Below are positions 42,605 to 52,187 of a stretch of DNA of 64,000 nucleotides, piece by piece (position 1 is the stretch's first letter; every line of letters starts with the position of its first letter). Below the pieces are notes generated by a model that ran no database searches, had not been told where the DNA came from, and saw nothing but the letters and a program-made list of their open reading frames with translations. The stretch comes from Escherichia phage vB_EcoM_PhAPEC2. Location: the sequence record NC_024794.1. One strand, given 5' to 3'. The translations under genes were made by a program, and so were the position numbers.

Positions 42605-44173
42605 ATGACTACTATCAAAACTAAAGCTCAGCTCGTAGACAAATGGAAAGAACTGCTGGAAGGTGAAGGCCTGCCGGAAATCGCTAATAGCAAGCAGGCT
42701 ATTATCGCTAAAATCTTCGAAAACCAGGAAAAAGATTTCGAAGTATCCCCTGAATATAAAGACGAGAAAATCGCTCAGGCATTTGGTTCTTTCTTGACCG
42801 AAGCTGAAATTGGTGGTGACCACGGTTATAACGCTCAGAACATCGCAGCAGGTCAAACCTCTGGTGCAGTAACCCAAATTGGGCCGGCAGTTATGGGTAT
42901 GGTTCGTCGTGCTATTCCTAATCTGATCGCTTTTGATATTTGTGGTGTTCAGCCTATGAACAGCCCTACCGGTCAGGTATTTGCTCTCCGTGCAGTATAT
43001 GGTAAAGACCCTATCGCTGCTGGCGCTAAAGAAGCTTTCCATCCGATGTATGCCCCAGACGCGATGTTCTCTGGACAGGGTGCTGCTAAGAAATTCCCAG
43101 CTCTGGCTGCCGACACTACTACTGTTGTAGGTGATATCTATACTCACTTCTTCCAAGAAACTGGTACTGTATATCTGCAAGCTTCTGCTGTCGTAACACT
43201 TGATTCTAGTGCGACTGATGCAGCTAAATTAGATGCCGAAGTTAAGAAACAAATGGAAGCTGGTGCACTGGTAGAAATCGCTGAAGGTATGGCTACTTCT
43301 ATCGCTGAACTCCAGGAAGGTTTCAATGGTTCTACCGATAATCCATGGAATGAAATGGGCTTCCGTATCGATAAACAAGTTATCGAAGCTAAATCTCGCC
43401 AGCTGAAAGCTGCTTACTCTATCGAATTAGCACAAGACCTCCGTGCAGTACACGGTATGGATGCTGATGCTGAACTGAGCGGTATTCTGGCTACAGAAAT
43501 TATGCTAGAAATCAACCGTGAAGTTGTTGATTGGATTAACTACTCGGCACAGGTTGGTAAATCTGGTATGACCCTGACTCCGGGTTCTAAAGCTGGCGTA
43601 TTTGACTTCCAGGACCCGATTGATATCCGTGGTGCTCGTTGGGCCGGTGAAAGCTTTAAATCTCTATTGTTCCAGATTGATAAAGAAGCAGTTGAAATTG
43701 CTCGTCAAACCGGTCGTGGTGAAGGTAACTTCATTATCGCTTCCCGTAACGTAGTTAACGTACTGGCTTCAGTTGATACTGGTATTTCTTACGCTGCACA
43801 GGGTCTGGCTTCTGGTTTTAATACCGACACTACTAAGTCTGTATTTGCAGGTGTACTTGGTGGTAAATACCGCGTATACATCGACCAGTATGCTAAACAG
43901 GATTACTTCACCGTTGGTTACAAAGGCGCTAACGAAATGGATGCAGGTATTTACTATGCTCCTTACGTTGCACTTACCCCACTGCGTGGTTCCGATCCTA
44001 AGAACTTCCAGCCGGTAATGGGCTTTAAAACTCGTTACGGTATCGGTGTTAACCCGTTTGCTGAAAGTTCCCTGCAGGCTCCAGGTGCTCGCATCCAGTC
44101 CGGTATGCCGTCTATCCTGAACAGCCTTGGTAAGAACGCTTACTTCCGCCGTGTATATGTAAAAGGCATCTAA
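42605..44173 (+). CDS. 23: Major capsid protein gp23
   Basis: 522 aa; MTTIKTKAQLVDKWKELLEGEGLPEIANSKQ... Confidence 0.97.
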   Translation: MTTIKTKAQLVDKWKELLEGEGLPEIANSKQAIIAKIFENQEKDFEVSPEYKDEKIAQAFGSFLTEAEIGGDHGYNAQNIAAGQTSGAVTQIGPAVMGMVRRAIPNLIAFDICGVQPMNSPTGQVFALRAVYGKDPIAAGAKEAFHPMYAPDAMFSGQGAAKKFPALAADTTTVVGDIYTHFFQETGTVYLQASAVVTLDSSATDAAKLDAEVKKQMEAGALVEIAEGMATSIAELQEGFNGSTDNPWNEMGFRIDKQVIEAKSRQLKAAYSIELAQDLRAVHGMDADAELSGILATEIMLEINREVVDWINYSAQVGKSGMTLTPGSKAGVFDFQDPIDIRGARWAGESFKSLLFQIDKEAVEIARQTGRGEGNFIIASRNVVNVLASVDTGISYAAQGLASGFNTDTTKSVFAGVLGGKYRVYIDQYAKQDYFTVGYKGANEMDAGIYYAPYVALTPLRGSDPKNFQPVMGFKTRYGIGVNPFAESSLQAPGARIQSGMPSILNSLGKNAYFRRVYVKGI

Positions 44174-44197
44174 TCTTAATTGATTAAATCTTATTTT

Positions 44198-44215
44198 GGG
44201 AGACTTCGGTCTCCC
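44198..44215 (+). terminator. Stem-loop GGGAGAC-UUCG-GUCUCCC after gp23
   Basis: Same 18-nt hairpin as after gp8, followed by ATTTTT. Confidence 0.65.
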
Positions 44216-44225
44216 ATTTTTGGTT

Positions 44226-44495
44226 TTATTTCTGTGCAATTTCGATGTAAGTTTTCAAAATATTTTGCCAATTAGGCATACCTTCTTGGACATATGCTGG
44301 AGAACCGTCTTTGTTTTTGAATGATGCAAGTTTATCAGTGGCCCAATAACCTTTAGCTCGAGCTTCAGAATCAACTTTCATCCATACTTTGTTGAAGGCA
44401 TTACCATTAACTTTTGCACCATATTTTTCTACTAACTTAACTGCTTCAGCTTCCAGAACTTTTAAAGTATCTCGTAAGAAACGTGCTTTAGTCAT
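44226..44495 (-). CDS. Hypothetical early protein (89 aa) inserted between gp23 and gp24
   Basis: Minus-strand ORF with GAGGAG Shine-Dalgarno and its own early promoter cassette (44526-44554); T4 carries segD at this position. Confidence 0.55.
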   Translation of the reverse strand: MTKARFLRDTLKVLEAEAVKLVEKYGAKVNGNAFNKVWMKVDSEARAKGYWATDKLASFKNKDGSPAYVQEGMPNWQNILKTYIEIAQK

Positions 44496-44525
44496 TTTGT
44501 TTACTCCTCTGTAGTTGATAAGTCT

Positions 44526-44554
44526 ATAGTATCACATACCAAATACGTTGTAAA
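44526..44554 (-). promoter_or_regulatory. Early promoter cassette (sigma70-like, PeSL-like)
   Basis: Minus strand: TTTACA, 17 bp, TGnTACTAT; 32 nt (44504-44535) identical to 7277-7308. Confidence 0.6.
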
Positions 44555-44561
44555 CAATCTT

Positions 44562-44569
44562 TATAAATA
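44562..44569 (+). promoter_or_regulatory. Late promoter (TATAAATA) for gp24
   Basis: Consensus 28 nt upstream of the gp24 ATG. Confidence 0.6.
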
Positions 44570-44596
44570 ATCTATATCACATAAGGAAAAAATGCA

Positions 44597-45880
44597 ATGA
44601 GTAAAATCCAAAAATTATTGCGTGAATCTACAACGTCTACTAGCAACTCAATTGGTCGCCCAAATCTCGTTGCTTTGACTCGCGCTACGACTAAATTAAT
44701 ATATTCTGACATTGTAGCAACACAAAGAACTAATCAACCTGTTGCTGCTTTTTATGGTATCAAATATCTTAACCCAGATAACGAATTCACATTTAAAACT
44801 GGTGCTACTTATGCGGGTGAAGTTGGATATGTAGACCGAGAAAAAATTACTGAGCTCACAGAAGAATCAAAAGTCACACTAAATAAAGGCGATTTTTTCA
44901 AATATAATAATATCGTCTATAAAGTGTTAGAAGATACACCATTTGCAGATATTCAAGAAAGTGATCTAGAATTAGCTCTTCAGATTGCAGTCGTTCATTT
45001 AAAGGTACGGTTATTTTCAGATGCAGCGGTAACAAGCAAATTTGAAAGCTCTGGTAGCGAAATTTCTGATGCAAGATTCCAGATTAATAAATGGCAAACT
45101 TCAGTCAAATCTCGTAAACTTAAAACCGGCCTCACGGTTGAATTAGCGCAAGATTTGGAAGCGAATGGATTTGATGCCCCTAACTTTTTAGAAGATTTGC
45201 TTGCTACTGAAATGGCTGATGAAATTAATAAAGATATTCTTCAGTCTTTAATTACTGTATCGAAACGTTATAAAGTTACTGGAATTACTGACACTGGATT
45301 TATTGACTTGAGCTATGCATCCGCTCCAGAAGCAGGTCGTTCATTATATCGAATGGTGTGTGAAATGGTATCACACATTCAAAAAGAGACAACTTATACT
45401 GCGACGTTTTGTGTAGCCTCAGCTCGTGCAGCTGCTATTCTTGCTGCTTCTGGTTGGTTAAAACATAAGCCAGAAGATGACAAGTATCTTTCACAAAATG
45501 CTTATGGATTCTTGGCAAATGGATTACCTCTTTACTGCGATACTAACAGTCCGTTAGATTATGTTATTGTGGGTGTTGTAGAAAATATCGGCGAAAAAGA
45601 AATTGTAGGGTCCATCTTTTATGCTCCATACACTGAAGGAGTAGATTTAGATGACCCGGAACATGTTGGTGCTTTTAAAGTTGTAGTTGATCCAGAAAGC
45701 TTGCAACCGTCTATCGGATTACTGGTTAGATATGCTTTATCAGCAAATCCTTACACAGTAGCAAAAGACGAAAAAGAAGCGAGAATAATTGATGGCGGGG
45801 ACATGGATAAAATGGCAGGACGTTCAGACTTGTCTGTTTTACTCGGTGTTAAATTGCCTAAAATTATTATAGATGAATAA
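44597..45880 (+). CDS. 24: Capsid vertex protein gp24
   Basis: 427 aa as in T4; gp23-like fold. Confidence 0.95.
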   Translation: MSKIQKLLRESTTSTSNSIGRPNLVALTRATTKLIYSDIVATQRTNQPVAAFYGIKYLNPDNEFTFKTGATYAGEVGYVDREKITELTEESKVTLNKGDFFKYNNIVYKVLEDTPFADIQESDLELALQIAVVHLKVRLFSDAAVTSKFESSGSEISDARFQINKWQTSVKSRKLKTGLTVELAQDLEANGFDAPNFLEDLLATEMADEINKDILQSLITVSKRYKVTGITDTGFIDLSYASAPEAGRSLYRMVCEMVSHIQKETTYTATFCVASARAAAILAASGWLKHKPEDDKYLSQNAYGFLANGLPLYCDTNSPLDYVIVGVVENIGEKEIVGSIFYAPYTEGVDLDDPEHVGAFKVVVDPESLQPSIGLLVRYALSANPYTVAKDEKEARIIDGGDMDKMAGRSDLSVLLGVKLPKIIIDE

Positions 45881-45890
45881 ACAAAAAAAA

Positions 45891-45906
45891 GGGACCGTAA
45901 GGTCCC
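45891..45906. terminator. Bidirectional terminator between gp24 and rnlB
   Basis: GGGACC-GUAA-GGUCCC hairpin flanked by an A-run and a T-run. Confidence 0.6.
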
Positions 45907-45913
45907 TTTTTCG

Positions 45914-46912
45914 TTATGATACTAATTCAATCCATGCAGGACGCAGAACATCTTGCACCATTCGGACTAATTCTTTCTTAACAAGATTCGGATTATCAGA
46001 TGATGTTAATACAATACCTTCACGAGAAGTTTCTTCCAGAATATCTTGAACAGTTAATCCCATCACTTTGCCAAAATCTTTTGGCGTTACAGCCCCAATC
46101 TTAGAAATCACATTATTAACACGATTTAATGTAACATAACAAGCTAGAACATCAAGCAGGTTTTTGTCAATTTCTGTTAATGGAACCTGAGTTTTAATAG
46201 GCTTATCAGACTTTTTCTTTTCACTGAATTTAGAGTTCTTGCACTTAATAGCTACACGAGTACCGTTTGGCAGCCATTTAGGGAAACAGGGCTTCAGAAC
46301 ATAACCTTCTGCCGTATTATCGCCAATAACATTAGCATCAAATACACAATTATTTGCTTCTACAAGGTCTTCTGACGCAGTAGCATTATAAGCGGCTAAG
46401 ACAGAATCAAGGTCGTTTGGAATCATGATAAGAGAATCAAATGTTCCACGTCCAAGCATTGGTGCCATTTTAAAACCGAATTCATTACAGAAATCTTGCA
46501 TTTCGTAATCGGTCAAATACGTATTATCACCACTTTCTGTATTGATAAGGATATCGAACACATAAAAATCTTTTTCACCGTAGTCAACACCTTTCTGGAT
46601 TCCACCACCAGCGAATTCACCGAATACTTGATATGATACGGCTCGAGCTGTGTACATGAATTCCTGAACGGCTTTAATAGCTTTATCATACTTCTTGAGT
46701 ACGATTTCATAACCATAAAAATCTTCTGCTGGAAGAATAGGGCCTGTGCGCTTGGCGCATGTGACGTTGTCACGTTCAATTATTAACGAGAAGTTAGTCC
46801 CATGGATTTTCTCACGTGCTACCCAAACACCAGTAGTCAAACCATTAGTGTAGAGTTTTTCAATAAACTTAGAGTTGTAGTGGTTTTCAAGACTGCTGTA
46901 TTTCTTAAACAT
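45914..46912 (-). CDS. rnlB: RNA ligase 2
   Basis: [21 protein letters not shown]...[10 protein letters not shown] (KxHGxN lysine); near-identical to T4 Rnl2. Confidence 0.95.
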   Translation of the reverse strand: MFKKYSSLENHYNSKFIEKLYTNGLTTGVWVAREKIHGTNFSLIIERDNVTCAKRTGPILPAEDFYGYEIVLKKYDKAIKAVQEFMYTARAVSYQVFGEFAGGGIQKGVDYGEKDFYVFDILINTESGDNTYLTDYEMQDFCNEFGFKMAPMLGRGTFDSLIMIPNDLDSVLAAYNATASEDLVEANNCVFDANVIGDNTAEGYVLKPCFPKWLPNGTRVAIKCKNSKFSEKKKSDKPIKTQVPLTEIDKNLLDVLACYVTLNRVNNVISKIGAVTPKDFGKVMGLTVQDILEETSREGIVLTSSDNPNLVKKELVRMVQDVLRPAWIELVS

Positions 46913-47003
46913 AAATCACCATTATAAATAATAATATCAAAATAATTAGCAGAGACTCTATCTCTGGCCCGATGTTTAATTTGAATGGATAGAACCTAGA
47001 TTC

Positions 47004-47030
47004 ATTATACCATCAAAAAATGTAAAGCAT
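47004..47030 (-). promoter_or_regulatory. T4-type middle promoter upstream of rnlB
   Basis: Minus strand: MotA box ATGCTTTAC, 12 bp, TATAAT. Confidence 0.5.
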
Positions 47031-47031
47031 A

Positions 47032-47283
47032 TTAGAACTTGATTTCTATCCAATGACCATCGCGCTGGTCGTGATTAATTTTATACTGAAAGCCATTATC
47101 ACGTAACCACTGCCCGACTTGCTCGGTGATAGTTAAATCATTCTTTGACGGGTAGTACGTGAATTGTGTCTGACCTTTATCAGCGGCTTTCTCTGCCATC
47201 ACAGAGAAGTTAGTAATAAAATCTTTCAACAAATTGGCTTTAGTGGCCAGGGCCCTTTCTCTTAATTCCTGTGCAAAACTCAT
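47032..47283 (-). CDS. Hypothetical protein (83 aa; 24.2-like position)
   Basis: ORF between rnlB and hoc. Confidence 0.5.
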   Translation of the reverse strand: MSFAQELRERALATKANLLKDFITNFSVMAEKAADKGQTQFTYYPSKNDLTITEQVGQWLRDNGFQYKINHDQRDGHWIEIKF

Positions 47284-47480
47284 TTCTTCACCTTTTTGTT
47301 AATCAAACGTTTACGGTATACAACTTTTTCTTTTGCTTTAAACTTTGACCGAGCTGTCTCGGCTTTAGTCCATAATAATCCAACTTCTTTAGGTTGTAAA
47401 CCGATTTTTTGAGCAATTTCTACGAATGAAAATCCCGCCTCATGTAATGTATAAACTTCAACTTCAGCTCTCATAATCAA
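47280..47480 (-). CDS. Small putative DNA-binding protein (66 aa; 24.3-like position)
   Basis: HTH-like segment FSFVEIAQKIGLQPKEVG; basic tail. Confidence 0.5.
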   Translation of the reverse strand: MIMRAEVEVYTLHEAGFSFVEIAQKIGLQPKEVGLLWTKAETARSKFKAKEKVVYRKRLINKKVKK

Positions 47481-47554
47481 TCCCGTATTATTTGGTTTGT
47501 GCCATTATATACATCAATCTCAAGTTGTGTTTTGTATGCTTTAAAAACGAAGAA

Positions 47555-47570
47555 AGGGGCCGAAGCCCCT
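47555..47570 (-). terminator. Terminator after hoc
   Basis: Minus strand: GGGGCUUCGGCCCC hairpin followed by a U-rich tract. Confidence 0.5.
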
Positions 47571-47575
47571 TACGT

Positions 47576-48706
47576 TTATGGATATGTATAGATGATACCA
47601 GTTTCCAAAGCAGTTTTATGGATGATGTATCCATTACGTGATTCTTGAACATCAACTTCTGGATAGTCTTTCATCATCTTCTGAAGAGTGTAACGATGCA
47701 GGTAGTATTTACTATCTGGATCTTCAGTTTTCCAATCTTTACCTTCTTCAGTCATTTTTTGGATTTCATCCATAACCCACCAACCGCACCAGATGTAAGC
47801 TGAAGTACGATGTGGAAGAGGATGAACATAAGGTAGTTCACCTTCTGGTTCCGGCGCAACTTTATCAGTCACTTGAACTTGACCTTCTGCTGTGATAGTT
47901 TTGCTATCATAATCAGTGGCAGTAACAGTTGCAGTAACTTCAATAGTTTGACTTCCAATAGATGATGTATCAACGGTGTATACATTAGTTGACCCTTCTA
48001 CAGGAGAAGAATCTTTCTTCCATGAATAAGTAATTTGTGCTTCTTCTGGTGCACCAGTAACATTGGCTGTAAATGTAGCCGAAGCATCTTGTTGAACGTT
48101 AATAGAAGGAGGAGTCAATGTAACCTGTGGATTCATTGTCTTCTTATTAACTGTTAATGATACTTCATTAGAAGTAACTGTTTTTGCGTCATAATCCGTT
48201 GCTGTTACTTGGGCTACGCATTTAATTCTTTTTACTCCACTTGTAGTTGGAGTGTAATTGAACGTAGCATTAGTTTCTCCACCAACCTGTGAATCATCTA
48301 CATACCATTGATAAGTAGCGTTTGCGCCTGATGGCTGCGAAGCTAAAGCGGCCGTAAATTGAACTGTGGTTCCAATTACTCCTGCTGGAGGACTATCAGG
48401 AGTTACTGCCAAAGTAGTCGTTTGTGTCTTGTTTTGAACTGTGATAGTCGTAGTAATTTCTGCTGTTTCAACGTCAGTATCAGGAATAGTATTTGTTGCA
48501 ACAACTTTAATTGTTTTTGTTCCAGCAGGTCCTTTTAACACATAATCAAAAGTTTCTGCCGATCCTACTTGAGGAGCATCGTCTACACTCCATGCATAGG
48601 TAATAGTTCCACCTCCAGTTTCACCACTGGGAGTAGCAGTAAACTGCTTAGTCTCATCTATAACTCCAGTAGGTGTTTTAGGAGTTATATCAACTGTAAA
48701 AGCCAT
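47576..48706 (-). CDS. hoc: Highly immunogenic outer capsid protein Hoc
   Basis: 376 aa, near-identical to T4 Hoc (Ig-like repeats, C-terminal ...GIIYTYP). Confidence 0.95.
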   Translation of the reverse strand: MAFTVDITPKTPTGVIDETKQFTATPSGETGGGTITYAWSVDDAPQVGSAETFDYVLKGPAGTKTIKVVATNTIPDTDVETAEITTTITVQNKTQTTTLAVTPDSPPAGVIGTTVQFTAALASQPSGANATYQWYVDDSQVGGETNATFNYTPTTSGVKRIKCVAQVTATDYDAKTVTSNEVSLTVNKKTMNPQVTLTPPSINVQQDASATFTANVTGAPEEAQITYSWKKDSSPVEGSTNVYTVDTSSIGSQTIEVTATVTATDYDSKTITAEGQVQVTDKVAPEPEGELPYVHPLPHRTSAYIWCGWWVMDEIQKMTEEGKDWKTEDPDSKYYLHRYTLQKMMKDYPEVDVQESRNGYIIHKTALETGIIYTYP

Positions 48707-48715
48707 AAGTTATCC

Positions 48716-49384
48716 TTATTTTAATGTTACGAAAGAAGAATTACGAGTTTCACGAATTAGAACTGATCCATCGCGATTAATATAATAAATTAAGCTAAAT
48801 AATGTTTGGTGAGCAGAAGCATGCACAAAACTAGTTGGGCGAGATTTCCAATCTGGGGTTTCGGCTATCCATTGATAAATCCACCAAGGAACAGTAACAT
48901 ACCCTGGGCCTTTGCCTAATTTAATGAGTGTAGGACTAAAATTTTCAGGCAGAACAAAATTTACTTCTTTATTTACCTCTGTCTCAGGCTCTTTTTCAGA
49001 TTCAACAACCTGAGTAATTGCTTCTTCAAATTTATCATGGTCGAATTCTTTTTCTTGTTCGACAACTTCTAATACTTCAACTTGTTCTGTTGGAGAATCA
49101 AACAACAGAATAGCTTCTTCTTTAACTTCTTCGTTGGTGAAATTAACACCGTCCACATCATCTGCGGCAGTAATTAAATCGGTGATAGATAATCCATCAG
49201 TTTCAGGTAATGGTTCATCAGCCAGTGCGTTAAGAGCTTCTTCGATATCAATAACAATATTATCGAATGATTTTGTTTTCTTAACACTAATGCCAAATTG
49301 TTTCGCATATTCGAACAGTTTAGCTTTGGCTTCCTTTTTATCAGAAAGAGCACGTAACTCTTCAATATAGTCTTTATCGATCAT
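48716..49384 (-). CDS. inh: Prohead protease inhibitor Inh
   Basis: 222-aa acidic protein adjacent to hoc (T4 inh about 226 aa). Confidence 0.7.
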   Translation of the reverse strand: MIDKDYIEELRALSDKKEAKAKLFEYAKQFGISVKKTKSFDNIVIDIEEALNALADEPLPETDGLSITDLITAADDVDGVNFTNEEVKEEAILLFDSPTEQVEVLEVVEQEKEFDHDKFEEAITQVVESEKEPETEVNKEVNFVLPENFSPTLIKLGKGPGYVTVPWWIYQWIAETPDWKSRPTSFVHASAHQTLFSLIYYINRDGSVLIRETRNSSFVTLK

Positions 49385-49397
49385 GGTATTTCCTCAT

Positions 49398-49405
49398 TAT
49401 AAATA
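49398..49405 (+). promoter_or_regulatory. TATAAATA late-promoter-like element upstream of uvsW
   Basis: Exact consensus 30 nt upstream of the uvsW ATG. Confidence 0.5.
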
Positions 49406-49434
49406 TAACTATATTTATTACATGGTAATTTGAC

Positions 49435-50949
49435 ATGACTGACATTAAAGTACATTTTTATGATTTTAGTCACGTGCGCATTGAATGCGACGAAAGTACG
49501 TTTTACGAACTTCGTGACTTTTTTAGCTTTGAAGCTGACGGGTATAAATTTAACCCAAAATATCGCTATGGGAACTGGGATGGTAGAATTCGACTTTTAG
49601 ATTACAACCGTTTGTTACCATATGGACTTGTAGGACAAATAAAAAAGTTCTGTAACAATATGAGTTATTCCGTATGGATTGACCCTAAAATCTTTGAGAC
49701 TGAAGACCTTACCAGGGAAGATTTTGACGCATGGCTTTCTAAACAAGAGATTTATTCAGGCAACTCCAAAATAGAACCACATTGGTATCAAAAAGATGCA
49801 GTATACGAAGGACTAGTTAATCGTCGTCGAATTTTAAACCTTCCGACATCAGCAGGTAAATCACTAATCCAAGCACTTTTAGCTCGGTATTATCTAGAGA
49901 ACTATGAAGGTAAAATTCTCATTATCGTCCCTACAACAGCATTGACAACCCAGATGGCTAATGATTTTGTTGATTATCGCTTGTTTAGTCATTCGATGAT
50001 TAAGAAAATTGGTGGTGGTGCTGATAAAGCTGACAAATCTAAAAACGACGCTCCAATTATTGTTGGCACATGGCAAACGGTAGTTAAGCAGCCTAAAGAA
50101 TGGTTCTCTCAGTTCGGTATGATGATGAACGATGAATGCCACTTAGCAACAGGCAAAAGTATTTCTTCAATCATCTCAGGATTAAATAATTGCATGTTTA
50201 AATTCGGTTTATCTGGCTCATTAAGAGACGGAAAAGCCAATGTAATGCAGTACGTAGGTATGTTCGGCGAAATCTTCCGTCCTGTTAGCACGTCTAAATT
50301 AATGGAAGACGGACAGGTAACTGAGCTTAAGATTAATAGTATTTTCCTTCGTTATCCAGACGAATTCACTGTTAAATTAAAAGGTAAAACATACCAAGAA
50401 GAAGTTAAAATTATTACCGGACTAAAACGACGTACAAAGTGGATTGCTCAACTTTCAGTCAAATTGGCTAAGAAAGACGAGAACGCCTTTGTAATGTTTA
50501 AACACGTTACACACGGTAAAGAAATATTTGAAGCTATTAAAGAGCTTGGATACGAAAAAGTTTATTACGTATCAGGTGAAGTTGATACTGAAACACGTAA
50601 CGCGCTTAAAGTCATGGCAGAAAATGGTAAAGGCATTATTATTGTTGCATCATATGGAGTATTCTCTACTGGTATTTCAGTCAAGAATCTTCATCATGTT
50701 ATTTTTGCCCATGGTGTTAAATCAAAAATTATCGTACTTCAAACCGTAGGTCGTGTGCTTCGTAAGCATGGTTCTAAAGCTGTTGCTACAGTTTGGGATC
50801 TAATCGATGACGCAGGTGTAAAACCTAAATCATTAAATACTAAAAAGAAGTATACTCATCTTAATTACTTGTTAAAACACGGTATTGATCGTATCCAACG
50901 TTACGCTGATGAGAAATTTAACTATGTAATGAAAACAATTAATTTATAA
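49435..50949 (+). CDS. uvsW: UvsW SF2 DNA helicase
   Basis: 504 aa; Walker A LPTSAGKSL, DECH box (MNDECHL); matches T4 UvsW. Confidence 0.95.
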   Translation: MTDIKVHFYDFSHVRIECDESTFYELRDFFSFEADGYKFNPKYRYGNWDGRIRLLDYNRLLPYGLVGQIKKFCNNMSYSVWIDPKIFETEDLTREDFDAWLSKQEIYSGNSKIEPHWYQKDAVYEGLVNRRRILNLPTSAGKSLIQALLARYYLENYEGKILIIVPTTALTTQMANDFVDYRLFSHSMIKKIGGGADKADKSKNDAPIIVGTWQTVVKQPKEWFSQFGMMMNDECHLATGKSISSIISGLNNCMFKFGLSGSLRDGKANVMQYVGMFGEIFRPVSTSKLMEDGQVTELKINSIFLRYPDEFTVKLKGKTYQEEVKIITGLKRRTKWIAQLSVKLAKKDENAFVMFKHVTHGKEIFEAIKELGYEKVYYVSGEVDTETRNALKVMAENGKGIIIVASYGVFSTGISVKNLHHVIFAHGVKSKIIVLQTVGRVLRKHGSKAVATVWDLIDDAGVKPKSLNTKKKYTHLNYLLKHGIDRIQRYADEKFNYVMKTINL

Positions 50950-50974
50950 GGGCTTCGGCCCTTAGGAGATAAAA

Positions 50975-51208
50975 ATGGTACTTGAATTTAAACAATTTTT
51001 ATACGAAGCATCTATTGACGAATTCATGGGTAAAATTGCTAATTGTCATACCTTAGAAGGGCTTGAAGAATTGGAAGCTTATTACAAGAAACGTATAAAA
51101 GAAACGGAATTAAAAGATACAGATGATATTTCTGTCAGGGATGCCTTAGCAGGTAAGCGTGCCGAACTTGAAGGGGACGATGATGAGGATGAGGAAGAAG
51201 ACTTCTAA
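50975..51208 (+). CDS. uvsW.1: UvsW.1 small acidic protein
   Basis: 77 aa with acidic tail, immediately after uvsW. Confidence 0.8.
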   Translation: MVLEFKQFLYEASIDEFMGKIANCHTLEGLEELEAYYKKRIKETELKDTDDISVRDALAGKRAELEGDDDEDEEEDF

Positions 51209-51235
51209 TTAAAAAAGGCCCGACCTTTTTGGAAG
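51208..51235. terminator. Bidirectional hairpin terminator
   Basis: GGCCC...GGGCC stem flanked by A and T runs between convergent genes. Confidence 0.45.
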
Positions 51236-51267
51236 GGCCAAAAACCATAGGCAAAAAAAAGGTAACA

Positions 51268-51435
51268 CTATAGTAAAAGTTGGGTTTCGTTCAATTGCTC
51301 TTCTGAACTTTCTGAAACCGGCAATTGTTGGACATAATTATAACAAGGACCAGGATGTGCTGGACCTTTGTCTGTTTCAACAACCAATGCAGAATCGATT
51401 GGAGTTTTACAGACAACACAAATCTTATCTGACAT
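51268..51435 (-). CDS. Small Cys-containing ORF (55 aa), not in the ORF track
   Basis: MSDKICVVCKTPIDS...GPCYNY; GGAGG Shine-Dalgarno; minus-strand TATAAATA at 51465-51472. Confidence 0.4.
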   Translation of the reverse strand: MSDKICVVCKTPIDSALVVETDKGPAHPGPCYNYVQQLPVSESSEEQLNETQLLL

Positions 51436-51467
51436 GATTGCCTCCTAAGTTGAAATTACATATCTAT

Positions 51468-51692
51468 TTATACCACTCGCATGCACATATCGATACCCAT
51501 ATCTTTTGTATAAAAATACTCGTCGATGTACCCGGCAAATTTTCCTTTAATATAAAGGACATCTTCACCACATGGGTGGTCGGCCAGGATACGAATATCC
51601 TGACGACGTAGACGATACTTTTCCATTAAGAATTTAATTTCAGTTTCAAATTCTTCATCATTATTAAAGGCATCTTCAATTGAGTACCGCAT
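51468..51692 (-). CDS. UvsY.-2-like protein (74 aa)
   Basis: ORF immediately downstream of uvsY as in T4. Confidence 0.6.
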   Translation of the reverse strand: MRYSIEDAFNNDEEFETEIKFLMEKYRLRRQDIRILADHPCGEDVLYIKGKFAGYIDEYFYTKDMGIDMCMRVV

Positions 51693-52105
51693 TATTGCCC
51701 CGCTTCAAATTCACGCATATCCTGGATATGTTTAAGTGCAAAACTACGAGACTTAACTGCGTCAAGTGCACCACTACAGAACTCAAGTAAAATTCCCCAG
51801 TATTGTAAAGTAGTCTCTATTTTAAGCACATCTTTATCTGCAGCCAGGACAGTTTTCATTTCAGATTTCTCGTATCGGTCCATACTGAATTCATCACCAT
51901 CACCTCGTCCCGAGTAGTAGTCTAATCTTGCTTTTAGAGCAGTTTTCTTCTGAGTCTCTATACGCAACATTTCTTTACGAATAAATGAATGCTTACGTAG
52001 CCATTTGCTGTATAACTTAACATTATTCGCCGTCTCATATTGCAACTTTGTCGTATCAATAGCTAAGTCTGCGTCTAACTCTTCCTGTAAATCTTCCAGC
52101 TTCAT
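51692..52105 (-). CDS. uvsY: Recombination mediator UvsY
   Basis: MKLEDLQEELDADLAIDTTKLQYETANNV... matches T4 UvsY (137 aa); the track ORF carries an N-terminal extension. Confidence 0.95.
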   Translation of the reverse strand: MKLEDLQEELDADLAIDTTKLQYETANNVKLYSKWLRKHSFIRKEMLRIETQKKTALKARLDYYSGRGDGDEFSMDRYEKSEMKTVLAADKDVLKIETTLQYWGILLEFCSGALDAVKSRSFALKHIQDMREFEAGQ

Positions 52106-52160
52106 AATATTCTCTCTTTTAACTAATAATCTCCCGGCTGTATCGGAAGGACCTAAAACC

Positions 52161-52187
52161 ATTATACACAGGTTGCCTTGAAGCATT
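52161..52187 (-). promoter_or_regulatory. Middle promoter P-uvsY
   Basis: Minus strand: MotA box ATGCTTCA, 12 bp, TATAAT, upstream of uvsY (T4 uvsY is a classic middle gene). Confidence 0.6.

Noticed and set aside
44226-44495. Homing endonuclease (segD-like) between genes 23 and 24
   Set aside because: The ORF is only 89 aa and lacks GIY-YIG or HNH motifs. Likewise there is no seg-like gene between inh and uvsW, where the intergenic space is only 50 bp.
46921-46928. Plus-strand TATAAATA upstream of the rnlB start region
   Set aside because: No plus-strand gene lies downstream (the next genes are on the minus strand); probably a chance occurrence in AT-rich sequence.
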